From Callorhinchus milii (Eukaryota), in the NCBI RefSeq assembly GCF_018977255.1, contig NW_024704743.1:22754001-22818000 (forward strand): a stretch of 64,000 bases of DNA, written 5' to 3'. The notes beneath the pieces were generated by a model. The model had not been told where the DNA came from. It saw only the letters and a program-made list of their open reading frames with translations, and did no database searches. Shown piece by piece: positions 1 through 11,699 of this stretch. How positions within the stretch are numbered: position 1 is the stretch's first letter; the number at the start of each line of letters is the position of its first letter. A program made the position numbers and the translations under genes.

Positions 1-914
1 CACAGCCACTGCTATAGCCACTGCCACTGCCATAGCCACTGCCACAGCCACTGCCACTGCCATAGCCACTGGCACTGCCACAGGCATTGCCACAGCCACT
101 GCCATAGCCACTGCCATAGCCACTGCCACAGCCACAGGCACTGCCACAGGCACTGCCATAGCCACTGCCACAGCCACTGCCACTGCCACAGCCACTGCCA
201 CAGCCACAGCCATAGCCACTGCCACAGCCACTGCCACTGCCACAGGCACTGCCACTGCCACAGGCACTGCCATAGCCATAGCCACTGCCACAGCCACTGC
301 CACAGGCACTGCCACAGCCACTGCCACAGCCACTGCCACAGCCACTGTCATAGCCACTGCCACAGCCACTGCCACAGCCACTGTCACAGCCACTGCCACA
401 GCCACTGCCATAGCCACTGCCACTACCACTGCCATAGCCACTGCCATAGCCACTGCCATAGCCACTGCCACAGCCACTGCCATAGCCACAGCCACTGCCA
501 CTGCCACAGCCACAGGCACTGCCATAGCCACAGCCACAGCCACTGCCACTGCCACTGCCATAGCCACAGCCACTGCCATAGCCACAGCCACTGCCATAGC
601 CACTGCCACTGCCACAGCCACTGCCATAGCCACAGCCACTGCCATAGCCACAGCCACAGCCACTGCTATAGCCACTGCCACTGCCATAGCCACTGCCACA
701 GCCACTGCCACTGCCACAGGCACTGCCATAGCCATAGCCACTGCCATAGCCACTGCCACTGCCACAGGCACTGCCATAGCCATAGCCACTGCCATAGCCA
801 CTGCCACAGCCACAGCCACAGGCACTGCCATAGCCACTGCCACAGCCACAGGCACTGCCACAGCCACTGCCACAGGCACTGCCACTGCCACAGCCATAGC
901 CACTGCCACAGCCA
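1..914. repeat. Hexanucleotide satellite (GCC/GGC + ACT/ACA/ATA)n, runs off the window edge
   Basis: Continuous GCCACT/GCCACA/GCCATA/GGCACT units, with 3-nt register kept from position 2 to 914. Confidence 0.97.
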
Positions 915-954
915 TTGCGCTCTGAGCGCTCAGATGCGCTTCGTACCCAAGACG

Positions 955-1101
955 CACTCACTCACTGCGCTCCACTCACTCCCTCCCCTCACTCCCTCAC
1001 TCCCATCACTCCCTCCCTCCACTCCATCACTCCATCACTCCCTCCCTCCCCTCACTCCCATCACTCCATCACTCCCCTCCCCCCCCCCCTCCCTCCCCCC
1101 C
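955..1101. repeat. C-rich low-complexity repeat (CTCCATCA/CTCCCT), G-rich on minus strand
   Basis: Repeated cactccatcactccct units ending in C runs. Confidence 0.9.
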
Positions 1102-1260
1102 CGCACAGTGCCTGAGGTGCTGCGGGCGGCCCCGGGGGCTGTGGCACTTACCGGACTCCGGGAAGTAGGGAAATCCCGGGGCTGTGACAATCCCGAGCAC
1201 AGCCAAAACCCAACAGCTGCTCATTAATCCCATGTTCCGTCAGGATTCACCGCTTCCCAA
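1100..1260 (-). promoter_or_regulatory. CpG-rich promoter/first-exon region of an unidentified minus-strand transcript
   Basis: GC/CpG-rich patch; CCG|GTAAGT donor on minus strand (exon ends 1152); GGGAAATCCC kappaB site at 1168-1177. Confidence 0.55.
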
Positions 1261-1262
1261 AT

Positions 1263-1415
1263 CACACACTGTGGGGGGGACACACACACACACACTGTGG
1301 GGTGGGGGACACACACACTGTGAGGGGGGGGGGGACACACACTGTGGGGGGAAACACACACTGAGGGTGGGGGGGAGGGGACACACACACTGTGGGGGTG
1401 AGGGGGGGACACACT
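1263..1415. repeat. Minisatellite of ~20-25 bp units (ACACACACTGTG + G run)
   Basis: About six cacacactgtg/cactgag + ggggg units. Confidence 0.9.
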
Positions 1416-1444
1416 GCTGGTGGTGGTGGTCAAAAAAATAAAAA

Positions 1445-1686
1445 NNNNNNNNNNNNNNNNNNNNNNNNNNNNNNNNNNNNNNNNNNNNNNNNNNNNNNNN
1501 NNNNNNNNNNNNNNNNNNNNNNNNNNNNNNNNNNNNNNNNNNNNNNNNNNNNNNNNNNNNNNNNNNNNNNNNNNNNNNNNNNNNNNNNNNNNNNNNNNNN
1601 NNNNNNNNNNNNNNNNNNNNNNNNNNNNNNNNNNNNNNNNNNNNNNNNNNNNNNNNNNNNNNNNNNNNNNNNNNNNNNNNNNNNNN
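1445..1686. other. Assembly gap
   Basis: N run. Confidence 1.
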
Positions 1687-1725
1687 CAGCAGTTTCACAT
1701 GAAGCGAGTTTCGAGTCTCTTTCTC

Positions 1726-2064
1726 NNNNNNNNNNNNNNNNNNNNNNNNNNNNNNNNNNNNNNNNNNNNNNNNNNNNNNNNNNNNNNNNNNNNNNNNNNN
1801 NNNNNNNNNNNNNNNNNNNNNNNNNNNNNNNNNNNNNNNNNNNNNNNNNNNNNNNNNNNNNNNNNNNNNNNNNNNNNNNNNNNNNNNNNNNNNNNNNNNN
1901 NNNNNNNNNNNNNNNNNNNNNNNNNNNNNNNNNNNNNNNNNNNNNNNNNNNNNNNNNNNNNNNNNNNNNNNNNNNNNNNNNNNNNNNNNNNNNNNNNNNN
2001 NNNNNNNNNNNNNNNNNNNNNNNNNNNNNNNNNNNNNNNNNNNNNNNNNNNNNNNNNNNNNNNN
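1726..2064. other. Assembly gap
   Basis: N run. Confidence 1.
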
Positions 2065-2230
2065 AGTGACTCATTGCTTTATGTACTTCAGAGGAAACAG
2101 GAAACTTCAAATTCATAAGGAGGGCAGGACTTTTAAACCCCCCCCCCAAAAAAAAAATCTCTAGCCAATCGTCAGTCTGCCTGAGGCGGGCAAAATGTAA
2201 TTTATATATATATAAAAAAAGCAGAAACCA
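2065..2230 (+). promoter_or_regulatory. Putative TATA promoter for a plus-strand transcript
   Basis: Ordered motifs: AP-1 TGACTCA 2067-2073, GAGGAAACAGGAAACT ETS/IRF-like 2091-2106, CCAAT 2165-2169, GAGGCGGGC 2183-2191, TATATA...TAAAA about 2203-2220. Confidence 0.5.
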
Positions 2231-2499
2231 CACACACACACCACACACACACAGTGAAGAGTTTGTAAAAGCAGCTCAACATTGCAGGGCAACTAGAAAG
2301 GGGGGGGGGGGGGGAGAGATCAGTTGTATCACAGCAAAACATTTGTCTCAACAGCCAGAGCCTGGCTCTGCCAGAAGGTGAAATTGATCTTAATACAGGG
2401 AGGAGAAACTGCTCTCTGAATAGCTCTGAAGCTCCCAGATCTGAAGGAGAACTCAATCGACTGTGGCAACGCAAAGCCACACGACAATTTTGTGTTTTG

Positions 2500-2776
2500 G
2501 CCCACAGAACGTACAGTCCGTTCACACTGCAGCATATTCCGCGAAGCGCTTTGAGACGTCTCGAAGACGTGATAAGGCACGATGTCAAATGCAAGGGTCA
2601 TTGTTGTTCTTATAAAGGGTTAGGGTCATTATGCTGTGCGCAATTGGCTGCCGCGTTCGCCCACAAATATACAGTCAATTCACTTTACAGTGTGTTCTGT
2701 GAAGCGCTTTGGGACGTCCTCCCGACGTGAAAAGCGCTATATCAAATGCAAGGATTATTATTATTATTATTATTAT
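2500..2776 (+). mobile_element. Two tandem 3' fragments of the tRNA-derived SINE
   Basis: gaagcgcttt...atcaaatgcaagg tail seen twice, the second ending in (att)n. Confidence 0.9.
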
Positions 2777-2989
2777 AAAGCGCTCTTTATGAAGGTTGTG
2801 TCTTGGAACGCTTGACAGGTTTCATGCAAAGTAACTGTTTGGTAGCTGTGTATTTGCTCAGCCAGAGGGAGGTGTGCCACTGGAGTCGGACTGTTGAAAT
2901 TAACAGAATAAGGCATTGCAACTTGGTTCGTGTTCTCTCAGGACGTGTTTGTAACCCTCCTCTCCACCCCTCCCCCCCCATAAAAAAAG

Positions 2990-3075
2990 CATGAATTGCT
3001 GGAAATCCTTAGCAGGTTGGTCGGCATCTTAACAATGAGTTTATATTTCAGGTTTTAGCCTCCCATCAGAACTGT
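2990..3075 (-). mobile_element. Penelope-like terminal remnant with degenerate hammerhead-like core
   Basis: Minus strand reads CTGATGG-gaggctaaaacct-GAAA...gatgccgaccaacctgctaaggatttccagca; related to 12770-12870. Confidence 0.55.
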
Positions 3076-3334
3076 ACCTCTGTGCTGGAGAGACAGTCCG
3101 CCCATGGAGAGTTAGTGTTGCCTTTGATCGCCCAATGGCAACATGAAGCCACACAACAACAACCCACATTTATATAGTGCCCTTCATGAGGGGGAGTATC
3201 TTGGAACGCTTAACAGAACAGAAAGTTGCTTTTCCCAGTCTGGTCAAATCGCAGTCTGTGGTTAGTTTGTTGATTTCAGCCGGAGAATCTGTAATTTGCT
3301 CCGGGTTTCCCTCACTAACTCCTGGACTAAATAC

Positions 3335-3500
3335 TACTACTAATACTAATAATAATCCTTGCATTTGATGTAACGCTTCATCACGTGGTTGAGACGTCTC
3401 AAAGCGCTTCACAGAATATGCTGTGAAGTGAATTGTATTTTGTGGCAGCCAATTGCGATTAAGTGACAAAATCATTTTTCTCGAAGGGATTATTGCCCCC
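3335..3500 (-). mobile_element. SINE 3' fragment
   Basis: aataatccttgcatttgat...aagcgcttcacaga. Confidence 0.85.
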
Positions 3501-3544
3501 AGAAAGCTTCGGGGGCGGGGATGGGGGTGGGGGTTTGGGAGGTG

Positions 3545-3760
3545 GGTCACACTGCTGACGTGATGGGTGTAAATTGGCCTGAGTTGCTTAACACTGACCC
3601 CTACTGGAAAAGTGCATATATGGGATGTCAGGTCAGGAGATGATTGAGTTCTCCCTCTTACACATGCGAATGAGCTGCCAGCACAGAGAAACAGCCACTT
3701 ACTTAGGTGTCCAGGGAAATGCACCACAGCAAAGGCTTGATGTCCACAGAATTGGAGGAA
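3545..3760 (+). mobile_element. Old SINE-like repeat (family C, unnamed)
   Basis: aattggcctgag...tgacccctactggaaaagtg...gatgtcagg, shared with copies near 20880, 51255 and 61925. Confidence 0.6.
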
Positions 3761-3949
3761 GCCAGAAAATTAGTTTGAAATACAATTTACATTTACGTAG
3801 ATAGCGTCTTCCACATCAGGAGGATGTCTCAATGTGTGTATAATTATAATTGAATCTTCAGTGCCACCTGAGACTGTTACAGAGGAAGGACAGTGATAAA
3901 CGTGATCAAATGAAAGGCAGCGGAAAGAGATTGACTTCCTTACCAAAGA

Positions 3950-4160
3950 ACACCTGCTTGCCTGAAAAGGTGGCGGAAGCCGATTTGATAACAACTTCTA
4001 AGAGAGAAGCAGATAATTATTTGGGGAGGACAAGTTTGCAGGGCTATGGGGAGGGATCGGGGGAGTGGGATTCACTTAGACAGCTCTTTTCAAAGAGCTG
4101 GCACAGACACGATGGGCCGAATGGCCTCCTTCTGTGCTGTAAAATTCTATGATTCTATGA
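3950..4160 (+). mobile_element. CR1 LINE 3' end
   Basis: gatgggccgaatggcctccttctgtgctgta followed by attctatgattctatga octamer tail. Confidence 0.85.
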
Positions 4161-4424
4161 ACACAGCACAAGACTTAACAAACTGTGTTCGGACAACTTC
4201 ACAGACTTGAGGAGGAAAGCTTGATGGGTGGTTTGCCAATCTTACCTGAATCCCCAAATCTATACATTCCCAATTGGAAAGGCATCCTGATATGTGTTAT
4301 TCTGTTCAATTCTTAACAATTATTCTGTAATGTTTTTGTTCCTGTTCTTTAAAATTGGAGGTAAAGCTGTCGTGTAGAACAATCAAGAGATGGAACACAC
4401 CATTGACATACTATGTCAGCTACT

Positions 4425-4830
4425 TTCAGTTGATAGCCCACTCGCCTCTGAGTCAGAAGTTGTGGGCTCTGGTCCCGTGCTGGAACTTTGAACTCATATA
4501 GTCGAAGATGACACTCCAATGCATTGCTGGAGGTGCCATTTTCAGATGAGACGTTAAACCGACGTCCCACCTGCCTGTTCAGGTGGATGTTAAAGATTCC
4601 ACGACACAATCCGAAAAGAGAAGAGAATTACTTTTGGTGTCCTGGCCAACAATCCAACAAATAAAATTGGTCATTCACTTCACGGCTGTTTGTACGACAT
4701 TATCTGCAGTATTTTCCCGCAAAACCCATAGTCACTCTGCTTTACAGTGTATCCTGTGGATCACTTTGAGACACCCTCCTGACATGAAAGGCACTACACC
4801 AGACGGAAGGATTATTATTTATTATTACTG
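4425..4830 (+). mobile_element. DeuSINE-like SINE (family B)
   Basis: ctctgagtcagaag head, gatgagacgttaaacc...caggtggatgttaaagat central domain, L2-like tail. Confidence 0.8.
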
Positions 4831-4849
4831 ACTAGTGTATTGAGGTGAT

Positions 4850-5270
4850 ACATGATACAGCACTGTGGAATAGACTTCTAACTGCAAACGTAATACTATG
4901 CTTTCTAACTCCTTTCAATAAGGATTTGAAAAAATATCTGTTTAGTAACAGGATTAAAGGTTACCAGAATAAGTATAGCTGAAGGCGATTAAAGACTGCC
5001 TTGGAACTTGACGTTTCCTGAGGTGTTGGAACTACTAGCAAGAGTGCAAAGGAAGACAAGCAGCCAACACTGAATAACAAGCTGTGAGGTCAGCGAGATA
5101 TCCTAGAGGTTTGCTTGGTTTAGATAGGCAAAATGTTGCAGGACTTTCCTTAAGAGGATCAAATAATATGGATTGCAATCAAAACAGGACTCGGTATAAA
5201 TGGTGTGCGGGAGGAATGGTCATGATAGGCCAAAAGGCATTTCCTGACTGCATGTGTTTCATGTTCTGAC
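4850..5270 (+). mobile_element. Degenerate CR1 3' fragments
   Basis: catgataggccaaaaggcatttcct...catgttct resembles the CR1 3' end. Confidence 0.5.
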
Positions 5271-5834
5271 ACGGCAACGATGGGTTTTCTCACTCTTGGT
5301 GCGATTGGCTGTGTGGAGTGTTCTTAAATAAACTGGTCCACTGTCCTCCCTCCTGGTTTGAGATGCTTTTAGGAATTATGGAATAAAATGGTTGTGGTTT
5401 GGGGTGAAAAATGCAGCGTTGTCATCAGACACAAAGTGACTCAACAAGGTTAACTTTTGCAATCTTGTTTGAATCGTTGGAATAAAAGGCTTTTTGAAGC
5501 TGAGTTTAACTTTACTGAATAGTTTTTTTTGAAAAAAAAGCATTGTCACCCCCAAAAATGATTGGTGGGGGCAGAGAGGCAGAAGAAAGGAAAACTGTCT
5601 TTTTAAAGGTAGAATAAAAACAAACGAGTTAGGAAAAAGGACAATTACAGTTTAAAATTATCCGCAGGTCTTGAGAAAAGAGAGAATGCAGAAGTAGAAG
5701 CACAAGATGATAAAAGAGAAGACAGGGTGAGCCGAGTTCTTTTTTTACAACAATGTGTATTGATACAATTCTCTTCACACCAGGAGGGAAGTGTCTCGGG
5801 GTGCTTTCTGATAGCTTTCCTGACATTTATGTGT

Positions 5835-6135
5835 CTGCCTGGCTCAATGGTAGGCACTCTCGCTTCTGAGTCAGAAGGTTGTGGTTTCAAGCCCCACATT
5901 GGGACTTGAAATCATGTTGTCTAAGCTGACACTCCAATGTAGTGCTGTGGGTGTGTTGCATTGTCAGTGGTGCCATCCTTCGCATGAGATGTTAAACCCA
6001 TTCTTCCTGTTCAGGTGGACGTTAAGGATCCCGTAGCACTATTTGAAAAGAGTTTCTCACGAGGTACCAGCCAACAAACCTCCAAATAAAATATCCCTTG
6101 AAAGGCGCTATACCGAATGCAAGGATTATTAATAT
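5835..6135 (+). mobile_element. DeuSINE-like SINE (family B)
   Basis: tggctcaatggtaggcactctcgcttctgagtcagaaggttgtggtttcaagcccca head (A/B boxes) plus central domain. Confidence 0.85.
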
Positions 6136-6419
6136 TATTTTCAATTCTTCTATTGCTATGATGCTCGTGCTTTATTTCACCATGACATTTGATTTGTGAA
6201 CTGTAAAGGTAAAATTCACCCGGCACAGGGAAATAGTCTGGTCTCTGAACTTGCCAGTCATCAAAGGGTTCTTTGTATTTCTAACCCTCGTGTGGGCGGA
6301 GAATTGGTGAGGAGATGAGGACTCTGCAGGTATGTCAGTGAAAGACTAGAGCAGGAGCTCTGATAAGCTCTGACTTGCAGAATAACAGCAGCCAGTGATA
6401 GGTGTTGCAGTGTAACATC

Positions 6420-6529
6420 ACCCACAAATATACAGTCAATTCACTTTACAGTATATTCTGTGAAGCGCTTTGGGATGTCTGGAAGACGTGAAAAGCGCTA
6501 TATCAAATGCAAGGATTATTATTATTATT
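6420..6529 (+). mobile_element. SINE 3' fragment
   Basis: Near-consensus tail ending in (att)n. Confidence 0.9.
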
Positions 6530-6639
6530 GCACTGCACCTTAGACAGATGAGTAACACAGTCACTAGCTGTTAAACAAATATTATCACAATCTTTGCAGC
6601 ACCAAGGCCTGTTCTCAATTGGCTTATCGTCTATCATAA

Positions 6640-6900
6640 GAAAGAACTTGCATTTTAATAGTGCCCCTATGATGCTGAAATGTCTCAAAGTGCTTCACAA
6701 ATGATTACTGTCAAATATAGTATTTTTATAGGCAAACTCAAAGGACATATATGCCAACAAGGTCCCACACACAGCACGGGGTGACAGAACAATGAATCTG
6801 GTGGATTGTTGGCCAGGATACCAGATAAAAAACTTCTCTTTTTGATTGGTGTCATGGAATCCTTAACATTCACCTGAATAGACAGATGATCCGATGATTC
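6640..6900 (-). mobile_element. DeuSINE-like fragment
   Basis: ttggccaggatacc...catggaatccttaacattcacctga. Confidence 0.65.
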
Positions 6901-9744
6901 CTCATGCAACTATCTAACCACAAACTTAATCTTAGTTGAGAACAGGCAGTTCCTTTCAGGTCGCAATACCAACATGGTTCTTTCCTTTAAAATTGTATCA
7001 GGGATATGTGGATATTGATTGAGACAGGTTTAGGATAACACCCCTTCCCTTCTTATTGCCTCCCACCTCTCCACCCATTGTCAGTCACAGTCTCACATGT
7101 AAAATAAAATCTGGCTTTCTGAGCAAGTAGATGCCCATTGAATGTGGAGCTGTGCCTAGTAGAATTGGGAGAGAAGAACAATAACAACAATAACAACAAC
7201 AACTTGCATTTATACAGCGTCCCTCACACGTGGTAGCTTCCCAGAGCATTTGGGAATGCCTGAGAGAGTGTACAGAAAATGCCAGAGAGAAAAAATAATA
7301 AACAAAAGTAAACGAACACTTACAACATTTATTGATGTTGCTGCACATATAGCATCAGCTTCAGCTTGTACTGGAACACATAAGGGCGTCTTTTCAGCAG
7401 AAACATGCTATTTGACAGTGAAGCTACCCAGCTAAGGGTTTGGAGCAACAACAACTTGCATTTATCCCTTTCACTCGGGATAGATCTCAGTGCGTTGGAG
7501 CAGGCCATTCGAGCAACCCAGTCTGCCCAAAATCTCCTCCAAGTGAAAGATGAGACCGTACCTAGAAATCCAATATACAATGCCGTCAATTAATCCTGGG
7601 ACAAGAGACCAAGGGCATGATTGCATGCTCCCAGCATCAAGCACTCAATACACGCACGTGTTACATGTTTACTTGTGATATCTCGAAAGGTGACACGATC
7701 CCTTTACAATCAAGGCTCAAAAATCATACACCGACAGCTTTGGCAGCAAGCGCTTAGGGTGGTTCAAGGGGAGAAGGGATACTGTTTTTAAAATAAGAGC
7801 TGTTATTTTACTGCAGATTGAAAGGACCAGCAGCGTAACTAGATTGTGCTGGAGTGAGCTGGCCAGCTCAAATCCGTGCTCCAGAGCATCTGTATCAAAA
7901 ACAACAGGAAACACAAATGCAGCCTCCTGTACCTGCTCTGCGCTGTGTGACCAACATCTGGTTTGATTCCGCTGCCAAAGCATGGCTTAGCCGTGACATC
8001 ATAGGTTAAAGCTTCTCAGTGTGAATTGGAGTGAGTATCAGAACGAAGTTATGCAACTGACACAGTGAACCCTCCAAAAAGCACATTCGCGACAAAGAAA
8101 TCCAACTAGTTTAAGGCTTGTTCGTACTCCCTGGTCCAAATGGTTCTGCTGTTCAATTATGAACCTTTTTGAACTCCCCCTCCCTCAGCATTGCCGCTGG
8201 GGAGTTGATTTGTTTATTCAGTGAAATATCTGAGCGGCCCGCTTGTTAAATAGACAGAATCGCTTGTGTTGGCTGTCCCTTGGCGAAGTTTCAAAAGTAT
8301 CATAAATCACATTGTGCCGAATGCACTGTAATCTTTTTTTAAAACAGTTTGGAATACATTTCGTGTGTACCCTTTTCATTCCAATCCAAGTTTTGTTTTT
8401 TTAACCCTTCCCTGGATAGTTATCATTGCAGAAGCTACTCTGCTCTATCAGGGAAAAAGATTCACCTTCGCAGAAACTCTTTCTCTTTATTCCTACCTGA
8501 TCTGTCTCCTCCTCTAAAAGCAGCCGGATTTGCATTTGCAGTGAATGTGTTTCTGGAAGGGTTGGTCGGTCCTCAAAGCTTTTATTTGTTAACAAGACCA
8601 CAGTGTATTCTGCACAACTTGATTTATGACAGTTTTGAAATATTGTCGAGTATAGGACGACAAAAGTGATTCTGTCTATTTAACAAACAGGCTGTTTGTT
8701 TAACTGTTGGGAACCAAGGAATGAAGCGGACTTTGGGATCCATTCTTCCACCCACGTTCATAGCACTTACTTAGCACTGAGAGCAATTGTAGCACCATCT
8801 CTTCTGCTGCCTTGGCTGAAATTAGCTAACGTAATACAAATTGAGTATCAAACCTCTATTCTTCCCAGTCTGTATGGATGAATTTCACACTGGGAAGAGG
8901 GGNCAGGCAAATGGTCTTACCAAATGAGACAAGGGGGAAGGAGCATAAAATGGCAAACATTTTTTGACTTGGATCAAACTATTATTGAGTACTTTCACTC
9001 ACAGAATGACACTTCAAATGTTTAAAACCAAGAATTGAAGCTGCTTTTGCACTCAGGATGGGAGGCATGAAAAGGGAATGGTGGATTCAAAAAGAAAAGG
9101 GTTTCTGCAAAGGAAAAGTCTTTTTATTGACAGAGCAGAGACTTCTGGCAGACATTACATCTGCGAAACCTAAAACTTAGCTGGGAGTTTAAAGGAAACA
9201 AAAGGAATACAGGATATTCAAAAGCGTTCTAAATAAACTCAAGTACATTTGGCACAATGCGATTTATGATTGTTCCAGGACTATGGAGTGCACTGTGTTC
9301 AAACTTAAAACCTTGGCTTGCATGCCACATCGGAGTTCAGTTTTACAAAGCATTTTACTTGTTAGCCCGTAGCACAGATATTGGGGTGGTTCTGTTTTAA
9401 GCACACAAATCATTTGTTTGGCTGCATAATGTTTTCAAAACTGTTTATTTTTCCTTTTCCAAATGCAATATAATCACAGAAGAAAATCAGATGAAAAAGT
9501 CATAGAAACATAAAAACAGGGATAGGCCATTCAGCCCCTTGAGCCTGTACCTCCTGAAATACCTCTTGGTGTTGGTCGAAAATTGTCCTTTGTTACCCCG
9601 AATGTGAGCAATTTGTAATAACTTCCAAAATGGGGGAGAGAACCTCTTGGTCTGCTACTTTGCCACATCTAATAGTATTGTTTTCAGTTTACTTTCCCAA
9701 TGCCATTTAGAAATCTTATGAGGTCCCTTTTGAGGTATTTCCTT

Positions 9745-10150
9745 TCATTGTATTCTACATGGTGCCTTATCTTGTCATCAAGATGTCTCGAAGCATTTCA
9801 CACGATTGTATAGTGTAGCGATTGTTCATTTGTAGACAAACATGGCAGCGAATTTGTACACAGCAACATCCTACAAACAGTCATGAAGTGAATGATCAAT
9901 TTTGTCTGGGGGATTATTGGCCAGGACAATGGGAGAAAATCCTTTTTCCGAGTAATGTTGCGATATCTTTAACATTCACCTAGTTCGGGAGACAGCACTT
10001 CAGTTTACTGTCTCATCCGAAGAACGTACTTCCGACATTGCAGCACTCCCCCAACACTGTATTGCAAATGTGAGCCTAGACCATGAGTGCCAAGTCCCAA
10101 CATGGAGCAAGAACCCACAACCTTCTGATTAATAGGCAAGTGCTGCCAAT
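9745..10150 (-). mobile_element. DeuSINE-like SINE (family B)
   Basis: ggccaggaca...tctcatccgaaga...cagcactccc...gaacccacaaccttctga. Confidence 0.8.
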
Positions 10151-11699
10151 GCTGTCTAATTGTTGCTCATAGTTCATTCCTCCAAGAGGAATTATCTTCA
10201 TTGCTATTCTCTGCACTGTTTCTAGGCCACACTAGCTTCTGCTACAGCGATCAAAACTGTTAACATTATGGTCTGACCAGAGCTCTACACTACTTGCCTT
10301 CTGTTGATCTGAACTCCACTTATTTGGGAATACAGCTTAGATTCTGTCGATCTTGTTTATTGCTTTGCCACACTGTTTTGGCAATGGTGAGCAATTTGTA
10401 ATAACTTCCAAGATGGGGGAAGAGTAGTTCAATTCTAAGACTAAAATTGTATCATTTAAATAGCATCCTTCATGCGGGATAGAGTTTTTCAGGACTGAAC
10501 AATGGTATAGTTTGAGACAGTCAGCAGCTAATAGGGACACTGAATGTAATACAATTTGCAATAGGATGGAATACATTATCCATTCCAATTGAGTCACCCT
10601 CCACACTTGCTCAACCTGGTTGGAATAGGAGGGAAAGCAGATACACATCTCTGAGCTACAAACAGAAGGATATAGACTGGGTTTGATGGATTAAATTGGA
10701 GTCTAATGGAATTTTTATTTGTGACCTCAGTTTGTAGTTCATTCCAAAGGCCATTAATGCCCCTATTCTCTCCCAGGGTCATGAGTAAGTAGGTCTGGAC
10801 CTTTAAACAGGCATAGAGAATGTGAGAAAGGATTGTCCACGTCCTCTTCAGAATTGAACCCCAATCATTCTGAGATGCTATCCTGGGTGAAGGGCACTGT
10901 ATAAATGCAAGTTGTTGTTGATGAACAAGAAATTCAGGTTGTCTGTGGTGAAACTGCATTGGTATGTGATAAGTTCTATGTATTAGTTTCAGTGCTCCTT
11001 CTCACAAATTGAAATTTTGGTTGAAAGTTAAGGAACAGCCGACCAGATTGCCTCTCATTCCTCATCTGTGATTGAACTTTCAGATCAAAGTTTCATGTCT
11101 CACGGGGCTGAGGTGGACTCTCCAGTTCCGTACAAAAGGTTGTATTATGTTTTGTAAAAGGTTGCAATGTAAATATGTTGCACTAAATCACTTCCTAATC
11201 CATTTCAAGGGATTTGGTAACTGGAAATAGTTTTCCTGAAGTGCATTTCTGTGTGTGGTTTTCTTCAAACTCTTTTACAATGTTAAAACCATCTGCTCTC
11301 TAGAGAGATCAGTAACACGCCTTGAGGCTGTTTCGTGCATATAATGGGCTCGAGGTAAGGATGACAAGGATTAAGAAAAACACAAGGATTGGGAAGATGA
11401 TCAATCAGCTGGAAATACATGTGCACTGGTCAGGGGATCAACGTATCTCCAATAGGGACACTGGACCCGAAAACACTTTTGTCAAGAGATCCTGAGATAA
11501 TGTGGGTCAAAATCTAATTAGCTACATTTCTTAATGGGATTCCTTAAAAAACTATGTCTCATAATGTGCTCCTTGTATTACTCAATGCAGGTGGTTTCCG
11601 CTCATTCCTCATTCTTTGATATTTCTTGAGGGCCCCAATCAAATCTGACATATTGTAAGCATACAATTGCAACTTCAGTATGTGATAGGTATGTCACAC

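Noticed and set aside
1267-1395. Repeated CACTGTG resembling V(D)J RSS heptamers
   Set aside because: No nonamer at 12/23 spacing and no V or J segments; part of a minisatellite
1240-2248. Long ORFs in the ORF track
   Set aside because: Artefacts of reading through N gaps
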